Shown: piece by piece, positions 63,590 through 64,000 of the stretch
Numbering within the stretch: position 1 is the stretch's first letter
Layout of the letters: every line of letters starts with the position of its first letter
Source of the DNA: Candidatus Berkelbacteria bacterium
GTDB lineage: Bacteria; Patescibacteriota; UBA1384; DTJR01
NCBI GenBank assembly: GCA_029865605.1
Contig: JAOUGE010000003.1
Span: 21,797 to 85,796 of the forward strand
Direction of reading: 5' to 3'
Length of the DNA stretch: 64,000 nucleotides
Translations under genes and position numbers: made by a program
The notes under the pieces: generated by a model
The model's database searches: none
What the model was told of the DNA's origin: nothing
The model's input: only the letters and a program-made list of their open reading frames with translations

Positions 63590-64000
63590 CTAGGGCCGCT
63601 CGCGGATGACCACCTTCATCGACTCGGTCCACATGAGAGTGGGGTCCTTGATAGACCAGACGAGCGCGACCACATTGGCCGCGCCTCTGCCCTCGATCGT
63701 ATCGCCGACTACCCTGAGAGGCTCACCGGCATCGAGAACAAATCGAAAGCCTTCGGGAGCAGCAGTGAGCTTGGTCCGCTCACCGTCTGCCTCCTTCCGG
63801 TACCAATCCACCCAGACCTTCACAACCTGATCCGGGCGGGTGGCGTCATAGATCCGGAAGCTGCACCCGAAGACAGATGGGTGCAGAACACACGCCCGCG
63901 CCTCCGGAGTGACGGGAGTGCACATCTGCCCCTCGTTGAGGCGGACCTTGTCCCACCTCCCCGTCTTCTCCACTTCGAGGATCTCAGCGCCCGGGGGTTG
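63590..64000 (-). CDS. GC-rich hypothetical protein, 5' end beyond window
   Basis: Frame open to the window edge (QPPGAEILEV...); high GC; no recognised motif. Confidence 0.55.
   Translation of the reverse strand, partial: QPPGAEILEVEKTGRWDKVRLNEGQMCTPVTPEARACVLHPSVFGCSFRIYDATRPDQVVKVWVDWYRKEADGERTKLTAAPEGFRFVLDAGEPLRVVGDTIEGRGAANVVALVWSIKDPTLMWTESMKVVIRERP

Overview
Bacterial chromosome segment of about 40% GC with Patescibacteria/CPR hallmarks: no rpmD (L30), trimmed ribosomal proteins, DUF4012, a PaaX-like regulator and a CPR-type Cys-rich protein. The lineage assignment is inference. Positions 1-28.6 kb hold rnc followed by one uninterrupted minus-strand run: rpoB-rpoC-str-S10-spc-alpha-rplM-rpsI-rbfA-dac-paaX. 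Next come RNase P RNA, uvrA, bactofilin, infC-rpmI-rplT, lspA/dksA-like, tRNA-Val(CAC), spoVS, lepB, der and tRNA-Gln(TTG). An accessory stretch of small genes (40-47 kb) follows, then an exopolysaccharide cluster, gyrB-gyrA-infB, LysM/M23, obg and a degenerate priA. Most notable observations: (i) a tRNA-like RNA 5' of tRNA-Val whose D-stem encloses a ~65-nt branched insert and which also carries a palindromic 16-mer insertion; (ii) a GC-rich stand-alone (p)ppGpp-hydrolase-like gene with an operator over its -10 and a uORF/terminator/SD-sequestering leader; (iii) three isolated ~60-65% GC single-gene cassettes; (iv) an unannotated 54-aa, 12-Cys metallothionein-like gene and a 55-aa lipoprotein; (v) RNAP alpha without its CTD, alongside a GGGG-TTGACA / TGn-extended -10 promoter grammar; (vi) AUA-initiated infC, KH-less Der, and rifamycin/quinolone-pocket substitutions. 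Three single-base frameshifts are probably sequencing errors. No CRISPR array, IS element or prophage was seen.
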